From contig JBDQPD010000050.1 in assembly GCA_040260805.1 (NCBI GenBank), positions 1 through 23,552 of the forward strand: 23,552 nt of DNA, in the 5' to 3' direction. The position numbers and the translations under genes were made by a program. Each line of letters starts with the position of its first letter. Position 1 is the first letter of the stretch. Below are positions 1 through 7,163 of the stretch, one piece after another. Origin of the DNA: Myxococcota bacterium. Lineage in GTDB: Bacteria > Myxococcota > UBA4151. Under the pieces are notes generated by a model. The model was not told the origin of the DNA. It did not search any database and was given only the letters and a program-made list of their open reading frames with translations.

Positions 1-576
1 ATCATGATGCGCATAAATACTCACCCAATCGCGACCATGTGCCATGATCACGAGGTGGCCCCACCCTGGGTCTTCAGCTGCATAGACCACCCGGCCGTCT
101 GCTACCGCGAACACCGGGGCGCCCTTTTTGTGAGCAATCTTAATCCCGTCGTTCACCACATCACCCCGACGACCAAAAGAGGTGATCACCTCCCCGCCTT
201 GCACCGGAAAGATGAACCCACCCTCTGGCGGCAGATCGGGGCCGACAGGCGGCTTAATTTTCGAGGGGCGGCTCGCAACCTTGTCCTGGCGCTCATCAAA
301 ATCGGAGCCTGGCGCCAAAGGGATGAACAAGCGACGACCGGCTCGCAGCTCGGTGGGATCACCAATCGCGTTGGTCTTGATCAAAAGGTTGACCGTCACG
401 CCATAGTGATGGGCGATCCGCCAGAGGGTTTCGCCCCGGATGACGGGATGCCAAGTTCCTGGGGGAGCGGTCTCAGACTCTTCTTTCGAGCCAACCTCAG
501 GGACAATGACCTTCGGGCTGCCTGCGGTGGTTGCGCAGGCTCCGAAAGCAACCGCTAGCAGCAGGACTCGGATCAT
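1..576 (-). CDS. nlpD: LysM + M23/LytM lipoprotein (NlpD-like), 3' end runs off the window
   Basis: Translated by hand from ATG 576, which overlaps the yqaA stop (ATGA). It reads MIRVLLLAVAFGAC (lipobox), LysM 'WHPVIRGETLWRIAHHYGVTVNLLIKTNAIGDPTELRAGRRLFIP', then M23 'FIFPVQGGEVITSFG..NDGIKIAHKKGAPVFAVADGRVVYA..GWGHLVIMAHGRDWVSIYAHHD'. The frame is open to base 1, and the surE-yqaA-nlpD context fits. Confidence 0.88.
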   Translation of the reverse strand, partial: MIRVLLLAVAFGACATTAGSPKVIVPEVGSKEESETAPPGTWHPVIRGETLWRIAHHYGVTVNLLIKTNAIGDPTELRAGRRLFIPLAPGSDFDERQDKVASRPSKIKPPVGPDLPPEGGFIFPVQGGEVITSFGRRGDVVNDGIKIAHKKGAPVFAVADGRVVYAAEDPGWGHLVIMAHGRDWVSIYAHHD

Positions 577-1190
577 CGCAGGAGCTTGATCGCTGCGAAG
601 CCGCCAATCAGGAGCACGGTGAACAGCGAGACGGCGACATTAAAGCGCTTCTCGATCCACTCTTTGATCGATGGACCAAACTTTTTGATCAGCGCGGCGA
701 CCAAGAAGAATCGAAACGCTCGCCCAACGACCGAGGCGAGAACAAACGGAACGAAGGGAAACTTGAACACTCCAGAAGAGATGGTGAACACTTTGTATGG
801 AATCGGAGTGATCGCTGCAGCTAAAGTCCCCCAGAAACCATACTCAGCATACCAAACTTGGATTTTATCCATGACCGGCTGACCGTGATAAGCGTTGACG
901 ATAGGCTGTCCTAACGCCTCCCATCCATACACACCGATCGCGTACCCAGCCATGCCACCGGTGACCGACCCCGCAGTGCAGATCAGCGCAAAGCTGAAGG
1001 CGCGCGTCGGCGCAGCCACCGCCAGCGCAATCAACAAGACATCAGGCGGTATCGGGAAAAAGCTCGACTCTGCGAAAGCCAGCACGAACAAAGCCGGCGC
1101 CCCATAAGGCGTATCAGCCCATGCGAGCACCCAATCGTACAGTCGACGTACCCAACCGAATGGGCCGCTGTGTCTCTTTTCAGTCGTCAT
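573..1190 (-). CDS. yqaA: YqaA family (DedA/VTT domain) membrane protein
   Basis: Contains 'LYDWVLAWA..ALFVLAFAESSFFPIPPDVLL' and 'TPIPYKVFTISSG..SVVGRAFRFF', with a hydrophobic profile. Lies directly downstream of surE. Confidence 0.93.
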   Translation of the reverse strand: MTTEKRHSGPFGWVRRLYDWVLAWADTPYGAPALFVLAFAESSFFPIPPDVLLIALAVAAPTRAFSFALICTAGSVTGGMAGYAIGVYGWEALGQPIVNAYHGQPVMDKIQVWYAEYGFWGTLAAAITPIPYKVFTISSGVFKFPFVPFVLASVVGRAFRFFLVAALIKKFGPSIKEWIEKRFNVAVSLFTVLLIGGFAAIKLLR

Positions 1191-1978
1191 CGTTCATCTC
1201 CGGATTCGTCGGCGCTTCGTGCCGGCGCGTGTCCATCTAAGCGCATTTCGCCTAGTTCGGCCAAGGCCTTATATGCTGTCAGATCTCGTCCGATCGGCAT
1301 CACTGATATCAGCCCCGCATCGTGAGCGGCCGTATCGGTCGCCGGTCCACCCTGGTGAACCACCTCAGTCCCACCAATCCAAAAGTAATCTCCGCCACGC
1401 GGGTCCTGGCGATGGACGACGCGCTGCCCCTGATAACTGCGACCACCCATCGTACACAGCGCAAACCGGCCGTCGGTCTCGCGCGGGACATTGCAGTTGA
1501 GCATGACGCCAGCCGGCAACCCGTTTTTTGCCACCCAGCCGACCAAACGTTGCGCGAAGGCCGCGGCCATGGAGAAGTCTCCGTTGCGCGACGCCACCAA
1601 GCTAAAGGCTAGTGAGGGGATCCCGTTGTTCATCCCCTCGTGTGCCGCACCGACTGTGCCGCTGTAGTGGGCGTCTGTCCCCAGGTTACTGCCATGATTA
1701 ATCCCCGAAATGACGAGGTCCGGCAGCTGGTCTTTCATAAAGTGGTGGAGCCCTAAATAGACGCAGTCTGTCGGTGTTCCCGAGACAGCTATCCAGCGCT
1801 CTTTGCCTCCATAACGGGTGGCTCGAAGCGGTCGATCCAGAGTGATCGCCTTGCTCACGCCACTCATTTCAGCCGCAGGGGCAATCACCCAAATTTCGCC
1901 CAAAGGTTCGACCGCTTTGACTAGAGCGTGAAGCCCCTCGCGATGAATTCCATCGTCATTACTTACGAGAATTCGCAC
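1187..1978 (-). CDS. surE: 5'/3'-nucleotidase SurE
   Basis: Contains 'ILVSNDDG', 'SGTPTDCV', 'SGINHGSNLG' and 'YSGTVGAA'. GTG start preceded by AGGAGA. Confidence 0.97.
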   Translation of the reverse strand: MRILVSNDDGIHREGLHALVKAVEPLGEIWVIAPAAEMSGVSKAITLDRPLRATRYGGKERWIAVSGTPTDCVYLGLHHFMKDQLPDLVISGINHGSNLGTDAHYSGTVGAAHEGMNNGIPSLAFSLVASRNGDFSMAAAFAQRLVGWVAKNGLPAGVMLNCNVPRETDGRFALCTMGGRSYQGQRVVHRQDPRGGDYFWIGGTEVVHQGGPATDTAAHDAGLISVMPIGRDLTAYKALAELGEMRLDGHAPARSADESGDER

Positions 1979-2018
1979 AGCTCTTCTCCTGCCTTGGTCG
2001 TTGCGATAGCGCAGCGGT

Positions 2019-2052
2019 AAAAAACACGAAAGGCAGACTCAGTCTGCCTTTC
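2019..2052 (-). terminator. Intrinsic terminator after tRNA-Pro
   Basis: The minus strand reads GAAAGGCAGACT-G-AGTCTGCCTTTC (12-bp inverted repeat, 2028-2052) followed by GTGTTTTTT, directly 3' of the tRNA CCA. Confidence 0.85.
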
Positions 2053-2053
2053 T

Positions 2054-2131
2054 TGGTCGGAGTGAGAGGATTCGAACCTCCGGCCCCTTGACCCCCAGTC
2101 AAGTGCGCTAACCAGGCTGCGCTACACTCCG
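2054..2131 (-). tRNA. tRNA-Pro (anticodon GGG), CCA encoded
   Basis: Minus strand CGGAGTGTAGCGCAGCCTGGTTAGCGCACTTGACTGGGGGTCAAGGGGCCGGAGGTTCGAATCCTCTCACTCCGACCA. Acceptor stem CGGAGTG/CACTCCG, anticodon arm CTTGA-CTGGGGG-TCAAG, T-loop GTTCGAATC. Confidence 0.98.
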
Positions 2132-2171
2132 AGCGCGGCGCTCATTAGTTGTGGATAACGTGAGCCGGCAA
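2132..2171 (-). promoter_or_regulatory. Putative tRNA promoter with GC-rich discriminator and a perfect DnaA box in the spacer
   Basis: Minus strand: TTGCCG (2171-2166), then a 16-17 nt spacer containing TTATCCACA (2158-2150), then ACTAAT/CTAATG, then GC-rich GAGCGCCGCGCT before the tRNA. The -10 match is weak. Confidence 0.4.
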
Positions 2172-2182
2172 GTGATTTTTAT

Positions 2183-2302
2183 GCTAGACGCCCAGCGCCT
2201 CAGGTCGCGGCCCCCCGTCAGGTTTCCGATGGGTAAAGCCTTCGCCTTACGGTATTGAGTTCTTGCTCAGGGCGTAGAGCCCCGTCTCTACGGTCTTTTT
2301 CT
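2183..2302 (+). promoter_or_regulatory. Structured leader or possible attenuator (or small RNA) ending in a terminator-like hairpin
   Basis: Hairpin CGTAGAG (2273-2279) / CTCTACG (2286-2292) followed by GTCTTTTTCT, just upstream of the AGGAGG RBS (2310-2315). Further helices lie upstream (see findings). Confidence 0.5.
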
Positions 2303-2324
2303 GCTGTCCAGGAGGACCATCTCG

Positions 2325-4400
2325 ATGTTGAACAGTTCAGCTTTCTTGCGCGCACGATTCCAATCCGTCCGTTGGGCGATGGCTTCGCTTCTCATGGCCT
2401 CAACGATGGCCCAGAGCTGTTCGTGCGAAGAAGTCTACGTGAACCGCGTCCAACGGGAGCTCCAGGTCAGCTTGGACCCGAGCGAGGTTCAAGACACTGA
2501 GATCTGTAAAGACGCAGAAGGTAACGCTTACTCTGCCATGTACTGCACCGTCGACATGGGCGAGATCGCCCTGAACTCTCAGGGCAACCTGCGGACCATC
2601 CAGCTGTTCAACGTCGGCACGCCCAACCTCGAAATCTACAAGGCTGCGATCGCTAACGACTCCCCCTTGCTCGATTCGATCTCGCTCGACGGCGACATCA
2701 TGAACCGCAGTGAAGGTGATCCCATCGTGCTGACGAACAACCTGGCCACCGCGCTGCGAGTGATCGTGGTTCCGACGGTCGAATGGGAAGCCGGCGACTG
2801 GATTGGAACCGTCCTCGTCTACAGCAACGCAGAGAACACCGACGAATCGCTCGACGATGCGCAATGCGAAGAAGCTGGCGTGCCCGCCGGGTGCTCGCGC
2901 ACCTCGATCCAAGTCCGAGCGTGGCCACGGGATCTCGGCAATGTTGAGATCCAAGTCGTCGCCGAAGTCGGCACCGACAACTTCGACACCGGCATCTGCA
3001 ACTTCGGCGCTGTTGGTATCCCGGACGAGCAAGCCGGCACGGAAGGCGGCGAAGGTCGCTGTAAACTGCGTGTCCGCAACAACGGCGACACCGACGCGGT
3101 GATCACTCGCCTCGACTTGGTGATCGGCCAAGCAGAGCGTGACGAATGTGGCAGCAGCTGCACCTTTGGTACCTACTGCACTGGACCCGCTGCTTGCTCA
3201 GACGGTCCGTTCGCTAGTTTCTGGGCAGCCGACAGCAATGGCTATGTCCACGGAGCAGAGTGCTCAAACGAGTCGCCCTGCGCGCTCGGTGAGTTCTGCG
3301 CCTTTGATGCCGAGTCCAACGCCAGCTACTGCTCGACAGAAGCGGCGATCAGCGATCAGCCGATCTTTCGCCTGCAGCGTGAGGTCGAAGTCAGCGACGA
3401 CAACCCCTTGTTGATCGAATCCGGGCGCGAGTCGGTGGTCACCATCCTCTTCAAGCCTGGCAACCTAGGGAAGTATGCTGGCTCGATTCGCTTCAAAGGT
3501 AATCTGCCTGTTCCAGGCGGTATCCTCCAGCGCCCGATGGTTGGCATTGGGCACAACGCACCGGTCGCTCGCCCGGAAGTCAAAACCATCGATGGCAACG
3601 CCAACTATCGTCGCAACGATGATGGCGATCCCCAAGCGGCTCCTCTGTCGACGGTCACCGTGACCGGCGAGAACTCGACGGGTCTGGGCGGCGCTCGAAT
3701 CGAAGAGTATGAATGGAGCCTCGATGAGCGCTACGGCGCTAGCGTCCCGGAAGGTAGCGGCGTTCGCCTGCGCAACACCGACGCCATGGAAACCGACTTT
3801 GTCTACGGTACCAGCACCCCCGGCTTGGACTCTGCCGGTATTTACAACGTCGCCCTGCGTGTTCGTGATGAACGCGGCGTCTGGTCCGGTTGGGCCGTTC
3901 TGACCATCGAATCCAAACCGGACTCTGCGATTCACGTTGAGCTGACTTGGGACCACCCAAGCTCCGACGTCGACATTCACCTGCTGCGTGCCGGCGATCC
4001 GACCAACTACACGACGGACCAGGATTGTTATTACCTCAACTGCAACACCTCACGCTCAAACGGTCGTCCTCGGCTCGCTTGGGGTCCAGGCGGTGAGGAA
4101 GATGATCCTCGCCTCGATCTCGATGACGTCAACGGCTTTGGCCCCGAGAACATCAACATCGAAGAGCCAGAGGTCGCTCAAGATTATCTCGTCGGGGTCT
4201 ACTATTACCGCGCCGATGGCGTCGGTGCTGACCGGCCGACCGTGGCGACGATTCGAATCTACATCGGCGGTCGCCTCGAGTACGAAGAAGCCGCAGAACT
4301 CGGTGACACCCAAGCCTGGTGGGAGCCGGCAGTGATCATGTGGGGTGAGGCGAATCCGATTCTGCCGCGCCGTCGCCTGCAGCCTAATCCGCCGAACTGA
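2325..4400 (+). CDS. Large Cys-rich lipoprotein: Ig-like (ASH/choice-of-anchor-D-type) domains, PKD-like domain, C-terminal YfaP/DUF2135-like domain
   Basis: AGGAGG RBS; signal peptide ending 'MAQSC'. Ig-type strands 'IQLFNVGTPNLEI' and 'LRVRNNGDTDAVITRL..VTILFKP..GSIRF'. PKD-like 'IEEYEWSL..AGIYNVALRVRD'. C-terminal 'VELTWDHPSSDVDIHL..LDLDDVNGFGPENINI..YLVGVYYY'. Confidence 0.8.
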   Translation: MLNSSAFLRARFQSVRWAMASLLMASTMAQSCSCEEVYVNRVQRELQVSLDPSEVQDTEICKDAEGNAYSAMYCTVDMGEIALNSQGNLRTIQLFNVGTPNLEIYKAAIANDSPLLDSISLDGDIMNRSEGDPIVLTNNLATALRVIVVPTVEWEAGDWIGTVLVYSNAENTDESLDDAQCEEAGVPAGCSRTSIQVRAWPRDLGNVEIQVVAEVGTDNFDTGICNFGAVGIPDEQAGTEGGEGRCKLRVRNNGDTDAVITRLDLVIGQAERDECGSSCTFGTYCTGPAACSDGPFASFWAADSNGYVHGAECSNESPCALGEFCAFDAESNASYCSTEAAISDQPIFRLQREVEVSDDNPLLIESGRESVVTILFKPGNLGKYAGSIRFKGNLPVPGGILQRPMVGIGHNAPVARPEVKTIDGNANYRRNDDGDPQAAPLSTVTVTGENSTGLGGARIEEYEWSLDERYGASVPEGSGVRLRNTDAMETDFVYGTSTPGLDSAGIYNVALRVRDERGVWSGWAVLTIESKPDSAIHVELTWDHPSSDVDIHLLRAGDPTNYTTDQDCYYLNCNTSRSNGRPRLAWGPGGEEDDPRLDLDDVNGFGPENINIEEPEVAQDYLVGVYYYRADGVGADRPTVATIRIYIGGRLEYEEAAELGDTQAWWEPAVIMWGEANPILPRRRLQPNPPN

Positions 4401-5458
4401 TCGACAACTTAATTCTCGACCCGTTCCACGGGGGAAGCCACGCGTACGTGACTTCCCTCTTGGCGCGTTTTTTGCCGGGAACGACGCACACCGAGACCTT
4501 GGGTAGTCACCTGTTCAAGTGGCGAATGGGCGTGGCTGCCTTGTGGTTCGCCGAGCGTATCGAAGCCCAGCGACTGACGCCGAAGCTGTTGGTCACCACC
4601 GATATGCTCGACCTGAGTCGACTCAAAGCGCTCTGCGGCAAGCGGCTGATCGACACTCAAACCGTACTGATCATGCATGAAAACCAACTCAGCTACCCGC
4701 GTCACGCCAAAGAACGTGAAGACATTCACCTCGGGTTAACCAACCTATTTTCGTGTTGGTGCGCTGACCTGATCTGGTGGAACTCAAAGCATCATCAGGA
4801 TCTGTTCATGGAGCAAGCTGAGCGTTTCATTGGGCTTTTTCCTAAGCGCGTCCCAGGCGATCTCCTGGACCGTATCGAGCAGCGCAGCACAGTGCTCGGC
4901 TTGCCGCTCGACCTTGATGAGCTGCGCTCGCTGCGTCGCACAACCCGCGCCCCGGGACGTCTTCGGATCGCCTGGAACCATAGGATGCAGCACGATAAGA
5001 ATCCGGATCGAGTTTTTGGACGCCTAGCTCGGTTAGCCGCAGCGGGTCTCGACTTTGAATTGCATCTGTTTGGTCCTCGGCATCAGGACAAGCCCGAGAT
5101 CCTAGAGCGGCTCGACGATCTGGTGATCGACCACGGCTATCTTGCGCGCGCTGACTATCTTCAAGCGCTGAGTCAATGCGATGTGGTCGTTGCGGATCCG
5201 GCTCAGGAGCATTTTGGGCTCAGCGTGGCCGAAGCCGTGCAGCTGGGTCTGTGGCCCATTCTTTCTAACTCTTTATGTTATCCTGAGCTGATTCCCAAAC
5301 GGCTGCACGACGACTGTTTGTTCGCTAGCGAGCAGGAATTTGATGGCTTAGTCAGGCGGGCCATAGCTGCCCCTGAACGTCAATGCGATGCTCTGTACGA
5401 GCGCTTTGAGGCGTCACTTGTGGTGGAGCAACTTTGCGAGCGGCTCGCCAGCAGGTAA
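4397..5458 (+). CDS. GT-B glycosyltransferase of the DUF3524 / GTDC1 (QTMAN)-like family; probable non-canonical start at CTG 4397 (ORF track start GTG 4448)
   Basis: Family motifs: 'ILDPFHGGSH' (upstream of 4448), 'FKWRMGVAAL', 'MHENQLSYP', 'WNSKHH', 'WNHRMQHDKNP', and the GT4-type 'EHFGLSVAEA'. Confidence 0.85.
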   Translation: MIDNLILDPFHGGSHAYVTSLLARFLPGTTHTETLGSHLFKWRMGVAALWFAERIEAQRLTPKLLVTTDMLDLSRLKALCGKRLIDTQTVLIMHENQLSYPRHAKEREDIHLGLTNLFSCWCADLIWWNSKHHQDLFMEQAERFIGLFPKRVPGDLLDRIEQRSTVLGLPLDLDELRSLRRTTRAPGRLRIAWNHRMQHDKNPDRVFGRLARLAAAGLDFELHLFGPRHQDKPEILERLDDLVIDHGYLARADYLQALSQCDVVVADPAQEHFGLSVAEAVQLGLWPILSNSLCYPELIPKRLHDDCLFASEQEFDGLVRRAIAAPERQCDALYERFEASLVVEQLCERLASR

Positions 5459-5484
5459 CGTCCCGCCACCATCCGGAGGATCGT

Positions 5485-7161
5485 ATGTCCCGTTGTCTTG
5501 TTCTTCTTGGCTTTCTCGCGCTCGCGGGCTGCGGCGACTCAGACAGCGGCGGCGTATCGTATCAGGATGCAGGACTGATCGATCGCAACGCGCGCGACGC
5601 AGGGCCCTGCCCCGACGAGGGCTTCAGCCGGGCTGAAGACGGTAGATGCTTGTGCAACAATGACTTTGCCTGTGGCAGCGGCAGCGTCTGCGAGGGCGGT
5701 CAATGCTTAGACGGCTGTCGTCATGATGGTCACTGCCAAGACACCGAGCGCTGTGAGATCCAAGGGAACAACACCTTCGGCGCCTGCGTGAACGCCTGCC
5801 CCAACGGCGATTGTCCGGACACCTGTACGAACGATCAAGACTGCAGCGATGGTCAGCACTGTGAGGGGCGCTTTTGTGTGCCCAACTGCCAAAGCAATGC
5901 GGAATGCGCCCAAGGGGAAGCTTGCGTGACCTCAGGGCGCTGTGTTCCTGGCTGTCGAAGCCCTGAAGACTGCGGCGGTCGCGCCACCTGCGAAGAAGCG
6001 ATGTGCCAATGCGAGCCTGCGCAAGCCTTCACCGTGGTCGAAGTCGAGGACCAAACAGCCAACGCAGGGCTCCGCTCAGGGGATACTCTATCCATAACGA
6101 TTCACGTCCCCAACGTGGATCGAGATCTCCAAGTCGGACTCATCGTTCGCACTCAGAATGTCAGTCGCGTCGGCTTCGCTAATGCGCAATGGCAAGGCCT
6201 CGAGCCCGACGCCAACGGCTTTCGCGAGCTTCAAAGCGGCGGTCACGGTGCGGTCGTTACCTTCACCGGCTTGGACTCCAAAGTGACGCTGAGCGCAGTC
6301 GCTGGCGCAGCCCGTGCCCCGGTTCGGGTCAACGCTGAGTTGGTCATGCTCGGACAGCAAGGGCAAGAGTGCGCAGCGGCAGTACCCAACAGCATCGGGC
6401 TCGCTAATCTACCGGTGTTTGGAGCGGACAACGACTTAGCCAACTGCGCCGACATGCACGGTGCGCACATCGTCCAGCTGATGACCGCTCAGGCCTCGGT
6501 GCCAGCCAGCGAGTTTGATGGCGTCGAGCGAGATGACATGAGCTGGGCAGGGCAAGCTCAGCCTTTGGTTGGGCCGAAGCTGCATTACTGCATCGACCTG
6601 CTCGGGAGCGGTCAGCTTGCGCTCAGCTCAGACTGGCGGGGAGAAGCACCCGTTGCCGTACAAGGTCAGTTCCTGTTTGAGGCCTTCGATATGGCGCAAA
6701 CTGAGGTCTGCCAAAATGCCGGCGATTGCACTCGACCGGGCGTGCAGGCGTGTATCGATGGGCAGTGTCGAGAGCGGCTACAGATTCGAATGGCGGGAGC
6801 CTCCGAGCGTGCGCTTCTGGATCGTGAGCACCGAAACGCTCAAGTGGAGACCACAGGCCCAGAGGCGTGTCTCAACGGATGTCAGATCGACCCTGTGCCT
6901 CGCAACCAGCCCGCTTGGGGTGCTGGCGACCTCAACTTGACCGGTTTCTTGCGCTGGGGTCAGCGCACGGATCTGAGGATGAGTGTTTTGGCGACCGGGG
7001 ACCAAATTGCAAGCAGTGCCCTGTTTCTCCAAACCCGAGAGATGCCCGATTGGTGGCTCAGCAAAACCTGTCGCTGCGATTACGGTTCGGGAGCTTTGGC
7101 TTGCGGCGCACCGAGCGAACAAGGGCTTGATGCTGCGCGAGGGATCTGCAGCGAACCCTGA
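5485..7161 (+). CDS. Cys-rich lipoprotein with short C-x4-C-x5-C repeats (Dickkopf/EB-like) and an unrecognised C-terminal region
   Basis: GGAGG then ATG 5485. Lipobox in MSRCLVLLGFLALAGC. Repeated 'C..d.dC..g..C..g.C' units. The ORF track's 5434 TTG start overlaps the GT gene and is unlikely. Confidence 0.8.
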   Translation: MSRCLVLLGFLALAGCGDSDSGGVSYQDAGLIDRNARDAGPCPDEGFSRAEDGRCLCNNDFACGSGSVCEGGQCLDGCRHDGHCQDTERCEIQGNNTFGACVNACPNGDCPDTCTNDQDCSDGQHCEGRFCVPNCQSNAECAQGEACVTSGRCVPGCRSPEDCGGRATCEEAMCQCEPAQAFTVVEVEDQTANAGLRSGDTLSITIHVPNVDRDLQVGLIVRTQNVSRVGFANAQWQGLEPDANGFRELQSGGHGAVVTFTGLDSKVTLSAVAGAARAPVRVNAELVMLGQQGQECAAAVPNSIGLANLPVFGADNDLANCADMHGAHIVQLMTAQASVPASEFDGVERDDMSWAGQAQPLVGPKLHYCIDLLGSGQLALSSDWRGEAPVAVQGQFLFEAFDMAQTEVCQNAGDCTRPGVQACIDGQCRERLQIRMAGASERALLDREHRNAQVETTGPEACLNGCQIDPVPRNQPAWGAGDLNLTGFLRWGQRTDLRMSVLATGDQIASSALFLQTREMPDWWLSKTCRCDYGSGALACGAPSEQGLDAARGICSEP

Positions 7162-7163
7162 GG

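Noticed and set aside
4..558. 184-aa plus-strand ORF
   Set aside because: Antisense shadow of the nlpD-like gene, which has clear LysM and M23 motifs.
2054..2131. tRNA as an integration site for an island or prophage
   Set aside because: No integrase is present and I saw no duplicated tRNA 3' end. The 3' side leads directly into the terminator and surE.
2210..2240. SRP RNA or c-di-GMP-I resemblance (GTCAGGT, GGGTAAAGCC)
   Set aside because: No GGAAGGAAGCAGC SRP core, and no GAAA tetraloop or GACGCAAA motif. Kept only as an unassigned structured leader.
2400..3980. Long antisense ORFs (243 aa, 171 aa) opposite the 691-aa gene
   Set aside because: Expected from codon bias in GC-rich genes; no recognisable motifs.
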